Shown: positions 1 to 18,009 of the stretch, one piece after another
Layout of the letters: every line of letters starts with the position of its first letter
Position numbering within the stretch: the stretch's first letter is position 1
Assembly (NCBI GenBank): GCA_038087875.1
Contig: CM075992.1
Location: 10,356,001 to 10,420,000, forward strand
Length of the DNA: 64,000 bases
Source of the DNA: Malacoraja senta
Taxonomy: Eukaryota
Reading direction: 5' to 3'
Translations under genes and position numbers: made by a program
The notes under the pieces: model-generated
Told to the model about the DNA's origin: nothing
The model's input: the letters and a program-made list of their open reading frames with translations, nothing else
Databases searched by the model: none

Positions 1-984
1 AGAGGGCAGGCAGCAAGTCCAAACTCAGAGAAAGCAGAAAGTCCAAACTCACAGCACTCCAAGCAGCGTGCAGGCAGCAAGTCCAAACTCACAGCACTCG
101 AAGCAGAGTGCAGGCAGCAAGTCCAACCTCACAGCACACCAAGCAGAATGCAGGCAGCAAGTCCAACTCACAGCACACCAAGCATAGTGCAGGCAGCAGA
201 TCGAACCTCCCAGCACTCCAAGGCAGAGAGCAGGCAGCAAGTCCGGAGTCACAGCGGTCCAAGCAGAGTGCAGGCAGCAAGTCAAACCTCACAGGACTCC
301 AAGAAGATTGCAGGTAGCACGTCAAACCTCACAGCCAGCGGAATTCAGGCAGCAGGTCAACCTCACAGCACCAAGCAACGTGCAGGCAGCAAATCCAACC
401 TCACAGCTCTCCAATGAGAGAGTGGGCAGCAATTCGAACATTACAGCACTCCAAGCAGAGAGCAGGCAGCAAGTCCAACCTCACAGCACTACAAGCAGTG
501 CGCATGCAGCAAGCCCAGCCTCACAGCACTCCAAGAAGTGTGCAGGCTGATAGTCCTAACTCACAGCACTCCAATCACAGCGCAGGCAGCAAATCCAACC
601 TCACAGCTGTCCAAGCAGATTGAGGCAGCAAGACCAAATTCACAGCACTCCAAGCAGTGTGCAGGCAGCAAGTCCAAACTGACAGCACTCCAAGCAGAAT
701 GCAGGTAGCAAGTCCAACCTGACTGCACACCAAGCAGAGTGCAGGCAGCAAGTCGAACCTAACAGCACACCAAGCAGAGTGCAGGCAGCAAGTAGAACCT
801 AACAGCAAACCTAGCAGAGTGCAGGCAGCAATTCGCACCTAACAGCAAACCTAGCAGAGTGCAGGCAGCAAGTACAACCTCACAACAATCCAAGCAGAGT
901 GCAGGTAGCAAGTCCAACCTCACAGAACACCAAGCGAAGAGCAGGCCAGCAAGTCCAATTCAACACCATTTCAAGCAGAGTGCA
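1..984 (+). repeat. 40-bp satellite array (consensus GCAGGCAGCAAGTCCAACCTCACAGCACTCCAAGCAGAGT)
   Basis: CAGGCAGCAA recurs at 71, 111, 151 and onward; about 24 diverged monomers; ORFs here are repeat artefacts. Confidence 0.97.
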
Positions 985-1474
985 CACACATACACTCACA
1001 CACACACAAACACCCACACACACAGACACTCACAGTCACGCACACACAGGCACACTCAGACACACAGAAACACACACAGCTACACACAGACACACGCACA
1101 AATACACACAAACACATACAGACACACACACACGCATAAACACGTACACACACTCACACAGACAAACACACAGACAGACACACAGACAGACACAGACAGA
1201 AACACAGACAGAAACGCAGACAGAAACACAGGACACACAGACAGACACACAGACAGACACAGACAGAAACACAGACAGAAACGCAGACAGAAACACAGAC
1301 ACACAGACAGACACACAGATACAATGACACACAGACAGACACACGCCCACAGACAGGCACACGCACAGACAGACAGACACATACACAGACAGTCACACGC
1401 ACAGGCAGTCGCACAGACAGACTCACGCACAGACAGACACACGCACAGATAGACACACACACACCACATAGACA

Positions 1475-1564
<90 letters not shown>

Positions 1565-1600
1565 CACACACGCATGCAAATACACGCTCACGCAGACACA
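985..1600. repeat. Compound (CA)n/(GACA)n microsatellite
   Basis: Direct reading; pure CA run at about 1476-1570. Confidence 0.95.
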
Positions 1601-2581
1601 CCATACATATGGTAGTAAACGTTTTTAAATATCAAACGGCTGAGCGCGGCTACTCCAATTTGGCCTTCCGCAGTCAGCAACACTGCCACATTCAGCAAGA
1701 CCTCTGCACTCACCGTAAATGACGCAATCAGCGTAAGCAGTCCACTAAGCGGAAATCACGAAATAAGCGGGTCCTTTGCTGAAAACACGGTCGGGACCTA
1801 GTAAAGCGTTTATTCCTTCCAGGCACAGTTGCAATTGCCACACAGTTGCAAAAGCCACACATTTGCAATAGCCACACAGTTGCAATAGCCACACATTTCA
1901 ATAGCCAAACATTTCAATAGGCACAGCTGCAACAGGCACAGATGCAAAAAGCACTGTTGCTAAAGGCACAGTTGCAAAAGGCACAGTTGCAACAGGCACA
2001 GTTGCATAAAGCACAGGTGCGAAAGGCACATTTGCAAAAGGCACAGTTGCTAAAGGCACAGAGGAAAAGCACAGTTGCAAATGGCAGAGTTGCAAATGGC
2101 ACACATTTCAATAGCCACACATTTCAATAGCCACACATTTCAATAGCACACATTTCAATAGCCACACATTTCAATAGCCACACATTTCAATAGCCACACA
2201 TTACAATAGCCACACATTACAATAGCCACACATTACAATAACCACACATTACAATAACCACATTACAATAGCCACACATATTCAATAGCCACACAATTCA
2301 ATAGCCACACAATTCAATAGCCACACAATTCAATAGCCACACGATTCAATAGCCACACGATTCCATAGCCACACATTTCAATAGGCACACATTCCAATAA
2401 CCACACATTCCAATAGCCACGCATTCCAATAGCCACGCATTCCTATAGCCACGCATTCAAATAGCCACGCATTCCAATAGCCAATCATTTCAATAACCGC
2501 ACATTTCAATATGCACAGTTGCAAAAGGCACAGTTGCAAAAGGCACAGTTGCGAAAGGCACAGTTGCAAAAGGCACAGTTG

Positions 2582-3730
2582 CAAGTCAAGTCAAGTTTTA
2601 TTCGTCACGTGCACATAAAGTTTTATTTTTATTCGTGCACATAAGGTGAAGTGAAATGAATTTTTCCAGCAGAGGAACAATAAAAGAAACGAGCACACAA
2701 TAAAAAATTAACACAAACATCCACCACAGCATTCATCACTGTGGTGGTAGGCACAACATTGGTCAGTCCTCCTCTATTTTCAGCCGTGGTCAGGATCACA
2801 ACCCTCCGCAGTCGCCGCTGCGGGCGTCCAGATGTGCAGACAAGGTAATTCCAGGTAAGTCCTGAATCGGTGCCTTCCCACCGGAGACCGCGGCTTCACG
2901 ATGCTGTAGGCCGCAGGCCGGCGGTCGAGGATCTAAAGTCCCCGCGGCGCCGCTGCCAGAAGTACCCCAGACTGCAGGGCAGGCGGTCGGAGGTTCACTC
3001 CAGGGATCCCCGGCGAGGGATTCCGCTTCGGATGGTAAGTCCCCGCCGCGCCCGCGATTAGAAGTAGGCCGCGGGCCGGCGATCGGAGCACTTCTCCTCC
3101 GGGGTCCCCATCGAGGGACCCCAGGCTCAGGACAACACGCCAGCCGCAAGCACCGCAGTCCGCGGCCTCTGAATTATGTAGGCCGCGGGCCGGCGGTCGG
3201 AGCTCCTCTCCAGGGATCCCGGCGAGTGACCCCGCTCCGGATGGTAAGTCCATGCCGCGCCCGCGGTTAAATAGGCCGCAGGCCGGCGGTCGGAGCTCTT
3301 CTCCTCCGAGGTTCCTACGCGGGATACCAGGCTCCGGACGCCGCTCCAGCTGGAGCTCCGCAGACCGCGGATTCAGTCGGCCGCGTGCCAGCGAACGGAG
3401 CGCTCACCTCCAGCGACTCCCGGCGAGGGCTCGCCCGCTCCGTGCCGAAAGAGTTCTCGCTAAGCGCGCTGCTGAAGCCCCGTGCGCATCCCCGGGAAAG
3501 GCCGCACCGATCCACTATTTTAGGCCACGAGGGATGCGACATGGAAAAAGTCGCCTCTCCGTGGAGGAGAGGACCGATACCGTTCCCCCCTTACCCCCAA
3601 CCCTCACCACCATCCCCCACACAAGACACACAGAGAAACATTTAAAAAAAACACACATTAAGAAACACAAAAAAATGTAAAAAGTAGAAAAACAAACACG
3701 CTGCTGGCAGGGCTGCCGGCTCGCAGCACC
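2582..3730 (-). mobile_element. Non-autonomous non-LTR retroelement with (TTGAC)n tail and GC-rich internal repeats
   Basis: Minus strand ends AATAAAACTTGACTTGACTTG; the same 5' module recurs at 4331-4830 (-) and 55095-55392 (+); no coding capacity. Confidence 0.7.
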
Positions 3731-4330
3731 CTAACCTACAAAAGGCACAGTTGTAAACGGCTCAGTTGAAGAGGGAACACATTTCAATAGCCACACAATT
3801 CAATAGCCGCACAATTCAATAGACAAACAATTCAATAGCCACACAATTCAATAGCCACACAATTCAATAAGCACAGTTGCAAAAGGCACACATTTCAATA
3901 GCCACACATTTCAATAGCCACACATATCAATAGCCACACATATCAATCGCCACACATATCAATCGCCACATATCAATAGCTACACATATCAATAGCCACA
4001 CATATCTAAGCCACACATATCTATAGCCACACATTTCTAGAGCCACACATTTCAAGAGCCACACATTCCAATAGCCACACATTCCAATAGCCACATATTC
4101 CAATAGGCACACATTCCAATAGCCACACATTCCAATAGCCACACATTCCCATAGCCACACATTCCCATAGCCACACATTCCCATAGCCACACATTCCCAT
4201 CACACATTCCAACAGTCACACATTCCAACAGCCACACATTACAACAGCCACACATTACAATAGCCACACATTACAATAGCCACACTTTCCAATAGCCACA
4301 CGTTTCAATAGGCGCAGTTGCTAAAGGCAC

Positions 4331-4830
4331 CGCAGACCGCAGGGCAGGAGGTCGGAGGTTCACTCCAGGGATCCCGGCGAGGAATCCTGCTGCGGATGGT
4401 AAGTCCACGGCGCGCCCGCTGTTAGAAGTAGGCCGCGGGCCGTCTGTCGGAGCACTTCTCCTCTTGGGTCCCCATCGAGGGATCCCAGGCTCCGGACGCC
4501 GCGCCAGCTGGAGCTCCGCAGACCGCGGCGAGGCCTCGCCCACTACGCAACGAAAGACTTCTCGCGAAGCGCGCTGCGAAATCCCCGGGTGCGTCCCCGG
4601 GAAAGGCCGCACCGATCCACTATGTTAGGCAACGAGGGATGCGACATGTAAAAAGTCGCCTCTCCGTGGAGGAGGCGACCGAAGCGGTTTCCCCTTACCC
4701 CAAGCCCCACACAATCCCCCGCACAAGACACACAGAGAAAGATAAAAAACACACATTATAAAACACTAAAAACATAAAAAATAGAAAAAAATAACACGCT
4801 GCTGGCAGGGTTGCCGGCTCGCACCACCCC
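4331..4830 (-). mobile_element. Partial second copy (5' part) of the 2582-3730 element
   Basis: Shares CCCCGGGAAAGGCCGCACCGATCCACT...AACACGCTGCTGGCAGGG with 3490-3720. Confidence 0.8.
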
Positions 4831-6800
4831 CACCTACAAAAGGCATTTGCAAAAATCACGGTTGCAAAAAGCACAGTTGTAAAGGGCACACATTTCAATA
4901 GCCACACAATTCAATCCCACACAATTCAATAGCCAAACTATTCAATTGCCACACAATTCAATAGCCACACAATTCAAGAGCCACACAATTCAATAACCAC
5001 AGTTGCAAAAGGCACACATTTCAATAGCCACACATTTCAATTGCCACACATATCAATAGCCACACATATCAACAACCAAACATTCCCAAAGCCACACATT
5101 CCCTTAGCCACACATTCCCATAGCCACACATTCCCATACCCACACATTCCCATAGCCACACATTCCCATAGCCACACATTCCCATAACAACATTTCCATA
5201 GCCACACATTCTCATATCCACACATTCCAACAGCCACACATTCCAACAGCCACACATTCCAACAGCCACACATTCCAACAGCCACACATCCAACAGCCAC
5301 ACACTCCAACAGCCACACATTCCAACAGCCGCACATTCCAACAGCTGCACATTCTAACAGCCTCACATTCCAACAGCCACACTTTCCAATAGCCACATGT
5401 TCAATTGGCACAATTGCAAAAGGCAGGTGCAAAAGGCCACAGTTGCAAAAGGCACAATTTCAATAGCCACACATTTCAATAGCCGCACAATTCAATAGCC
5501 ACACAATTCAATAGCCACACAATTTCAATAGCCACACAATTCAATAGCCACACAATTCAATTGCCACACGATTCAATAGCCACACAATTCAATAGCCACA
5601 CAATTCAATAGCCACACAATTCAATAGCCACACAATTCAATAGCCACACAATTCAATAGCCACACATTCCAATAGCCACACATTCCTATAGCCACACATT
5701 CCAATAGCCACACATTCCAATAGCCACACATTCCAATAGCCACACATTCCAATAGCTGCAGTTGCAAAAGGCACAGTTGCAAAAGGCACAGTTGCAAAAG
5801 ACACAGTTGCAAAAGGCACAGTTGCAAAATGCACAGTTGCAAAAGGTACAGTTGCGAAAGGCACACATATCAAATAGCCACACGTTGCCAATAGCCGCAC
5901 GGTTCCAATAGCCGCACGTTTCCAATAGCCGCACGTTTCAAATAGCCGCAGTTAAAAGGCGCAGTTAAAAGGCGCAGGTAAAAAGCACAGTTAAAAGGCA
6001 CCGTTAAAAAGAACAGTTAAAAGGCACATAACACATTTATTCCTTCCAAACAGAGTTCCAAACAAACCATATAAAACCACACAACACACTCACAGTTTAT
6101 TAGACATGTGTTCAGTTGATTCACAGCTCAGACTGAGAGTCGTGACCTCTCCCCCCCATCGTGCAGCGAGCAGGCACGACCACACTTCCGGGTTTTGTGG
6201 CCCTTCCCCAACCCACGTGAAGGGGTGTGGCTTTCATGGCGTGATTGACAGGAGAGAGAATCTCAACATTTTTAAATATTAATATGTCTTATATTTTTCA
6301 TCGATGGGAAAAATCGTCTGCGCCTGATCAGCGGAGTAAGATGGCCAAAAATCTGAGTAAGATGGCCAAAAATCACAGCAGTAATTGGTTGCATTTTTTT
6401 TTCTAAAATCAACATACAGCGCAAACAGGAAGTGGTCAAGTTTAAACATAATTATGTAGATAAAGTGTGACCCGTTGGGCCCCGTTCCCCAACGCAACAT
6501 TCCACACTCATCCATCAACCCTCCTTTGCTTCCTCCCCACACCCCATTCCTCCCTATTCCCCCTCCCCTCCTCCATTTCCTCGTCATACATATTCCGACC
6601 CTTATCCTTCTCCATTCTCCCACACCCCCAGCACTCTCTGCACTCCTCAACATTCTCCCTCTGTCTCTCTCTCAATCTGTCACTCTCTCTCGCTCTCTGT
6701 CACACTCTCTGTCTCTCTCTCTCTATCTGTATCTCACCCTCTGTCTCTCTTACTTTGTCTCTCTCCCTGTTTCTCTCTCCCAGTCTCTCTGTCCCTCTCT

Positions 6801-6950
6801 CAATAGACCATAGACAATTGGTGCAGGAGTAGGCCATTCGTCCCCTGGAGCCAGCACCGCCATTCACTGTGATCGTGGCTGATCATCCCCAATCAGTACC
6901 CCGTTCCTGCCTTCTCCACATATCCCCTGACTCCGCTATCTTTAAGAACA
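6801..6950 (-). mobile_element. CR1-clade LINE (HER1-like) 3' end
   Basis: Reverse complement of the 3' end at 7650-7798 (GATCAGCCATGATCACATTGAATGGCGGTGCTGGCTCG, (CTATTGT)n tail). Confidence 0.85.
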
Positions 6951-7166
6951 CTATCTTGCTCGTAAGAACCTATCTAGCCCTCTCTCTCTCTGTCTGACCA
7001 TCTCTCGGTCTGTCTCTTTCTGACTCTCTCTCTCTGTCACTCTCTGTCTCTCTCTCTGTATCTCTCTCTGTCTGCCTGTCTGTCTCTCTATCTCGGTCTC
7101 TCTGTCTCTGTCTGTCTCTCTCTGTCTTTCCGTCTTTCTCTCTATATATCTGTCTCTTTGTCTCTC

Positions 7167-7200
<34 letters not shown>

Positions 7201-7387
7201 CGTCTCTCCGTCTCTCTCTCTGCCTCTCTCCCGCTGTCTATCTCTCTCTCTCTCTCGGTCCATCTCTCTCTATCTCTATATCTGTCATCCCTTCGCCTCT
7301 GTATCTCCCTCTGTCTTTCTCTGTCTCTGACTCTCTCTCTGTCCCTCTCTGTATCTGTCGCTCTCTGTCTCCCACTGTCTCTCTCTG

Positions 7388-7798
7388 TTGAGAGAATGGA
7401 GCAGCTGGGATTGTACACTCTGGAGTTTGGAAGGATGAGAGGGTATCTCATTGAAACGTATAAGATTGTTCCCGATGTTGGGGGAGTCCAGAACCAGGGG
7501 GCACAGTTTAAGAATAAGGAGTAAACCATTTTGAACGGAGAGGAGGAAAAATATTTTCTCACTCTGAGTTATGAGTCTGTGAATTCTCTGCCTCAGAGGG
7601 CGGTGGAGGCAGGTTCTCTGGATGCTTTCAAGAGAGAGATAGATTGGGCTCTTAAAAATAGCGGAGTCAGGGGGTATGGGGAGGAGGCAGGAACGGGGTA
7701 CTGATTGGGGATGATCAGCCATGATCACATTGAATGGCGGTGCTGGCTCGAAAGGCCGAATGGCCTACTCCTGCACCTATTTTCTATTGTCTATTATA
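7388..7798 (+). mobile_element. CR1-clade LINE (HER1-like) 3' fragment
   Basis: Encodes ERMEQLGLYTLEFGRMRGYLIETYKI (CR1 RT C-terminus), then 3' UTR and CTATTGT tail. Confidence 0.88.
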
Positions 7799-8012
7799 TA
7801 TTGTCTCTCTCTCTCTGCCCCTCTCCCTCTCTGTCTCTCTATCTGTGTTTGTCTGTCTCTCTCTCTGTCTCTCTCTTTCTATTTGTCTATCTGTCTATTT
7901 CTTTCTCTCTCCCTCTCTGGCTATCTCTCTCGCTCTCTCTCTGTCTCTCCCTTTGTCTCTCTCTGTCTCTCTCTCGCTCTCTCTCTGTCACTCCTCTCTC
8001 TCTCTTTCACAC

Positions 8013-8114
<102 letters not shown>

Positions 8115-8584
8115 CCTCTCCGTATGTCTCTCACTGCCTAATCTAAATGGTGTCAAATAGGGAAAATGGGATGTACAATGGAATCCGGGTGTCCTTGTTC
8201 ATCAGTTAATGAAAGTAAGCATTCAGGTACAGCAGGCAGTGAAGAAAGCGAATGGCATGCTGGCATGCAGGCCTTCATAACAAGAGGCGTTGAGTATGGG
8301 GGTATTGATGCCCAGTGAGACAACATATGGAGTATTGTGTGCAGTTTTGTTCCCCTAATTTGATGAAGGACATTCTTTCTATTGAGGTATTGCAGCGTAG
8401 GTTTACAATGTTAATTCTCTGGTTGGCGGGACTGTCATATGCTGAGAGAATGGAGTGGCTGAACTTGTATACTATGGAATTTAGAAGGATGAGAGGGGTA
8501 TTATTAAAACATACAAGATTATTAAGGTAGACAGAAATGTTGGAAAATTCAGCGGGTGCAGCAGCATCTCTTGAGCGAAGGACA

Positions 8585-8622
8585 TAGGCAACGTTTCGGG
8601 CCGATCCCCTTCTTCAGACTGA
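8585..8622 (-). ncRNA. Minimal type I hammerhead ribozyme motif in the Penelope pLTR
   Basis: Minus strand CTGAAGA-AGGGGATCGGCCC-GAAA-CGTT: core CUGANGA/GAAA, helix II GGG/CCC, palindromic AACGTT helix III; helix I weak. Confidence 0.7.
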
Positions 8623-8781
8623 TGTGAGTGTGGGGGGAGTGGGAGTGGAAAGGAACAGGAGTAGCCAGAGGGCTGAGGGAGAACTGAGAAGGGGAGGAGA
8701 CAGTGAGAGAGGAGACATGAAATTATTAATGTCACTGTTCAAACCGCTGGTGAACAAACTGCCCAAGCGAAATATGAGGTG

Positions 8782-9471
8782 CTACTCCTCCAATTTTCGG
8801 TGGTCCCCACTCTGGCCGTGGAGGAGGTCCAGGACAGAAAGGTCCGATTCGTAATGGGAGATGGAGCTGAAGTGCTGAGCCACCGGGAGATCAGGTTGCT
8901 TATAACGAACCGAGGGTAGGTGTTCGGCGAAGCGATCGTCAACCCTACACCTGGTCTCACCGACGGAGATCAGCTGACATCTAGAGCAGCGGATGCAATA
9001 AATGAGCTTGGAGGAGGTGCAGGTGAACTTCTGTCGCATCTGGAGCGACTGCTTGGGTCCTTGAATGGAGTCAAGGAGGGAGGTAAAGCGACAAGTGTAG
9101 CATTTCTTGCGGTTGCCAGGGAAAGTTCCCGGATAGGGGGTGGGAAGGGACGAATTGACCAAGGAGTTACGGAGGGAGCGGTCTCTGCGGGAAGCAGACA
9201 GAGGATGAGATGGGAAGATGTGGCTAGTGGTGGGGTCACGTTGGAGGTGGCGAAAACGACGGAGGATTATTTGTGGTACGTGACGGCTGCTAGGGTGGAA
9301 GGTAAGGACCAGGGGTACTCTGCCCTTGATACGAGTGGGGGGGGGGGGTGAGGAGAGAGCAGTGTCACGGGGTATCGCAGAAACCCTGGTGAGAGCTTCA
9401 TCTATGGTAGGAGAGGGGATCCCCCGTTCCCTGAAGAATGAGGACATCTCCGATGCCCGGATGTGGAACAC
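8782..9471 (-). pseudogene. Penelope ORF remnant (linker plus GIY-YIG endonuclease)
   Basis: 229-aa ORF with VPLVLTFHP and KFTCTSSKLIYCIRCSRC; frameshifted relative to the upstream RT part (9402-9605). Confidence 0.88.
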
Positions 9472-10173
9472 TCATCCTGGGAGCCGATGCAGCGTAGAAT
9501 GACGAATTGGGAGCAGGGGATGGAGTTCTTACAGGAAGCAGGTTGGGAAAAAGTGTAGTCCAGATAGCCATGGGAGTCAGTGGGTTTATAGTGGATGTCG
9601 GTCAAAAGTCTATCACCTGCGATGGAGATAGTGAGGTCTAGAAATGGTAGGGAAGAGTCGGAAATGGTCCAGGTGTATTTGAGTACCGGATGGAAGTTAG
9701 TGGTGAAATGGATGAAGTCAGTGAGTTGTATCTGGGTTCAGGAGGTAGCATCAATGCAGTCCCCGATGTAGCGGAGGTAGAGGTCGGGGATGAGGCCCTG
9801 GTACGTCTCGAACAAGGAACACGCTAGAGGCAGGAAACATGTTCCTGATGTTGAGGTGTCCAGAACTAGAGGCCAGTTTAAGAATAAGGGGTAAGCCATT
9901 TAGAAAAGAGATGAAGAAACCATACAGTTGTGAGTCTGTGGAATTATCTGCCTCAGTGGGCAGTGGAGGCCGGGTCTTTGGATACTTTCAAGAGAAAATT
10001 AGATTATGCTCTTAAAGATAGCGAAGTCAGGGGATATGGGGAGAAGGCATGAACAGGTTACTGACTAAGAATGATCAGCCACGATCACATTGAATGGCCA
10101 CATTGGCTCAAAAGGTCGAATGGCCTACCCCTGCACCTATTTTCTATCGTCTATTGCATCTCTCTCTCATTGT

Positions 10174-10223
<50 letters not shown>

Positions 10224-11111
10224 CTCTCTCTCTCTCTCTCTCTCGCTCTATCTATCTGCCTCTCCCTATCTCTAGATCTGCCTTTGTCCCTCTCTGTCTC
10301 TCTGTCTCTATATCAGTCTCGCCATCTCTTTCTCTCTGCCTGCCTCTCTGTCTCTGTATCTCTGTCTGTCTCTCTGTCTCTCTCGCTATCTCTGTCCCTC
10401 TCTCTATCTTTCTCTCTCGCTCGATGGCTCCCTCTCGATCTCTCTCTCTGATACTCTCTTACTCTCTTTGTCTCTCTGTCTCGGGGAGAGGGGGGGGGGG
10501 GGGCGGTTGTTGACGGTTTGTGTCTGTGTCTGTGTCCGCGCCCGCGCTTTTATCCTGACAGATAGTTTTTTAATGTAATATGACGCGTGGCGATCATCTC
10601 CCCATCACACCCCACAAGGACAATTCTAGAATCGTTTTTATAAATGAACCCTCTCCCTTATTCCACTACCCCCACAATGAAATGTGGACACCCCCCATCC
10701 ATCCCCCACAAGTAAACTATCAATGCTTTTTAGTAAATTAATACTCTCCCCTATTCCAGCCCCCTGCAATGAAAAACATCCTCCCAAGAAATCTTATAGT
10801 CTAAATGAGAATTGCGATCCCAGATTTGCTGCTAAATGAGATTCCATTGTGATGTAATAGTGTTTGTATGAATGAGATCACATTGTGTCCTCATACCAAC
10901 CAACTGGCTGTAATTCCCACAACACCTGTCTCAAAATGGGATTTGTAAAGCTAGACACAAACCACCACAGGACGATTATGTATAAGACTGTGCATATATT
11001 TACCGCTATACTGGCTGTTTTTGCGTAATTCCGGAATCACTCGAAAAAAACACGCATGCACGCGCACACCCACGCACACACGTATAGAAACAAACAAGAT
11101 GAGAATTTTTC

Positions 11112-17435
<6,324 letters not shown>

Positions 17436-17699
17436 ATAAGAGTTCTGAATCACAATTACGCAATAAGGAGAAATTAACGGCGGCTTTTGAAACGGGGGTA
17501 TATAGCCTGGTATTATGTGGTATGCGGCGAAATAAGGGAGAATAAATCAGTAGGACACTCGTATTGATATATCCCCAAAATCTGATGGAATCTATCGCAA
17601 GTGCCTAGGAATGAAAAAATGGGAGGATTGGCCTCGTGTTGGCACAAGTTGTAGAGTGTTTCCTTCTGTCCTGGGGCAGGGGTCGATCTAGACCAAACG

Positions 17700-17942
17700 T
17701 CTCTCTCTATATTTTTGCACGTGCACGCGACTGCTTGGGATTCCTCCAGGTGCTGCGGTTTCATCCCACATCCCAAAAATGGGCATTATTATACATTAAC
17801 TGGCCTGTGTAAATTGTTCCTAGTATGTAAGGCGACTGGATGAGAACGTGGCATACGAAAAACATATTGGGTGAACAGTTGATCGATGGACATCGGAGAC
17901 CAGGTACGCTGAAAGTTTTGTATGTGTGGTGTATCCCTAAAA
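17700..17942 (+). mobile_element. Degenerate V-SINE/HE1-like SINE
   Basis: CCAGGTGCTGCGGTTTCATCCCACATCCCAAA resembles the V-domain core, followed by a CR1-like tail. Confidence 0.65.
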
Positions 17943-18009
17943 CATGATGAACGTCAAAATATATAATATCTAGTTTTATCCTCTTTTTCTGAACTGTCAG
18001 CTGTTCTAC

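Larger units (their letters stand above)
1822..6035. repeat. Composite ~15-bp minisatellite block (GCAAAAGGCACAGTT / CAATAGCCACACATT / TTAAAAGGCACAG variants)
   Basis: Tandem 15-16-mers read directly; flanked by direct repeat TTTATTCCTTCCA (1809-1821 and 6036-6048). Confidence 0.92.
1605..6461 (+). mobile_element. 3' part of a non-autonomous Helentron/DINE-like element, interrupted by the 15-bp minisatellite block
   Basis: Ends in CGCAAACAGGAAGTGGTCAAG...TTATGTAGAT, similar to the end at 22802-22847; left boundary approximate; superfamily assignment is inference. Confidence 0.5.
8528..9818 (-). mobile_element. 5'-truncated Penelope-like element (RT C-terminus, GIY-YIG endonuclease, pLTR)
   Basis: TDIHYKPTDSHGYLDY (RT thumb), IYCIRCSRC..VGET..DRFAEHL (GIY-YIG); terminal repeat carries a hammerhead core. 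Confidence 0.93.
8135..10157 (+). mobile_element. CR1-clade LINE 3' portion, split by a Penelope insertion (pieces 8135-8527 and about 9819-10157)
   Basis: RQHMEYCVQFCSP...QRRFT motif; sequence resumes at ACACGCTAGAGGCAGGAAACATGTTCC after the insert; same tail. Confidence 0.85.

Noticed and set aside
1..984. CRISPR-like appearance of the 40-bp repeats
   Set aside because: Monomers are contiguous with no unique spacers, there are no cas genes, and the context is eukaryotic.
859..6000. Many ORFs over the CA tract and 15-bp arrays
   Set aside because: Low-complexity translations of tandem repeats, open in several frames.
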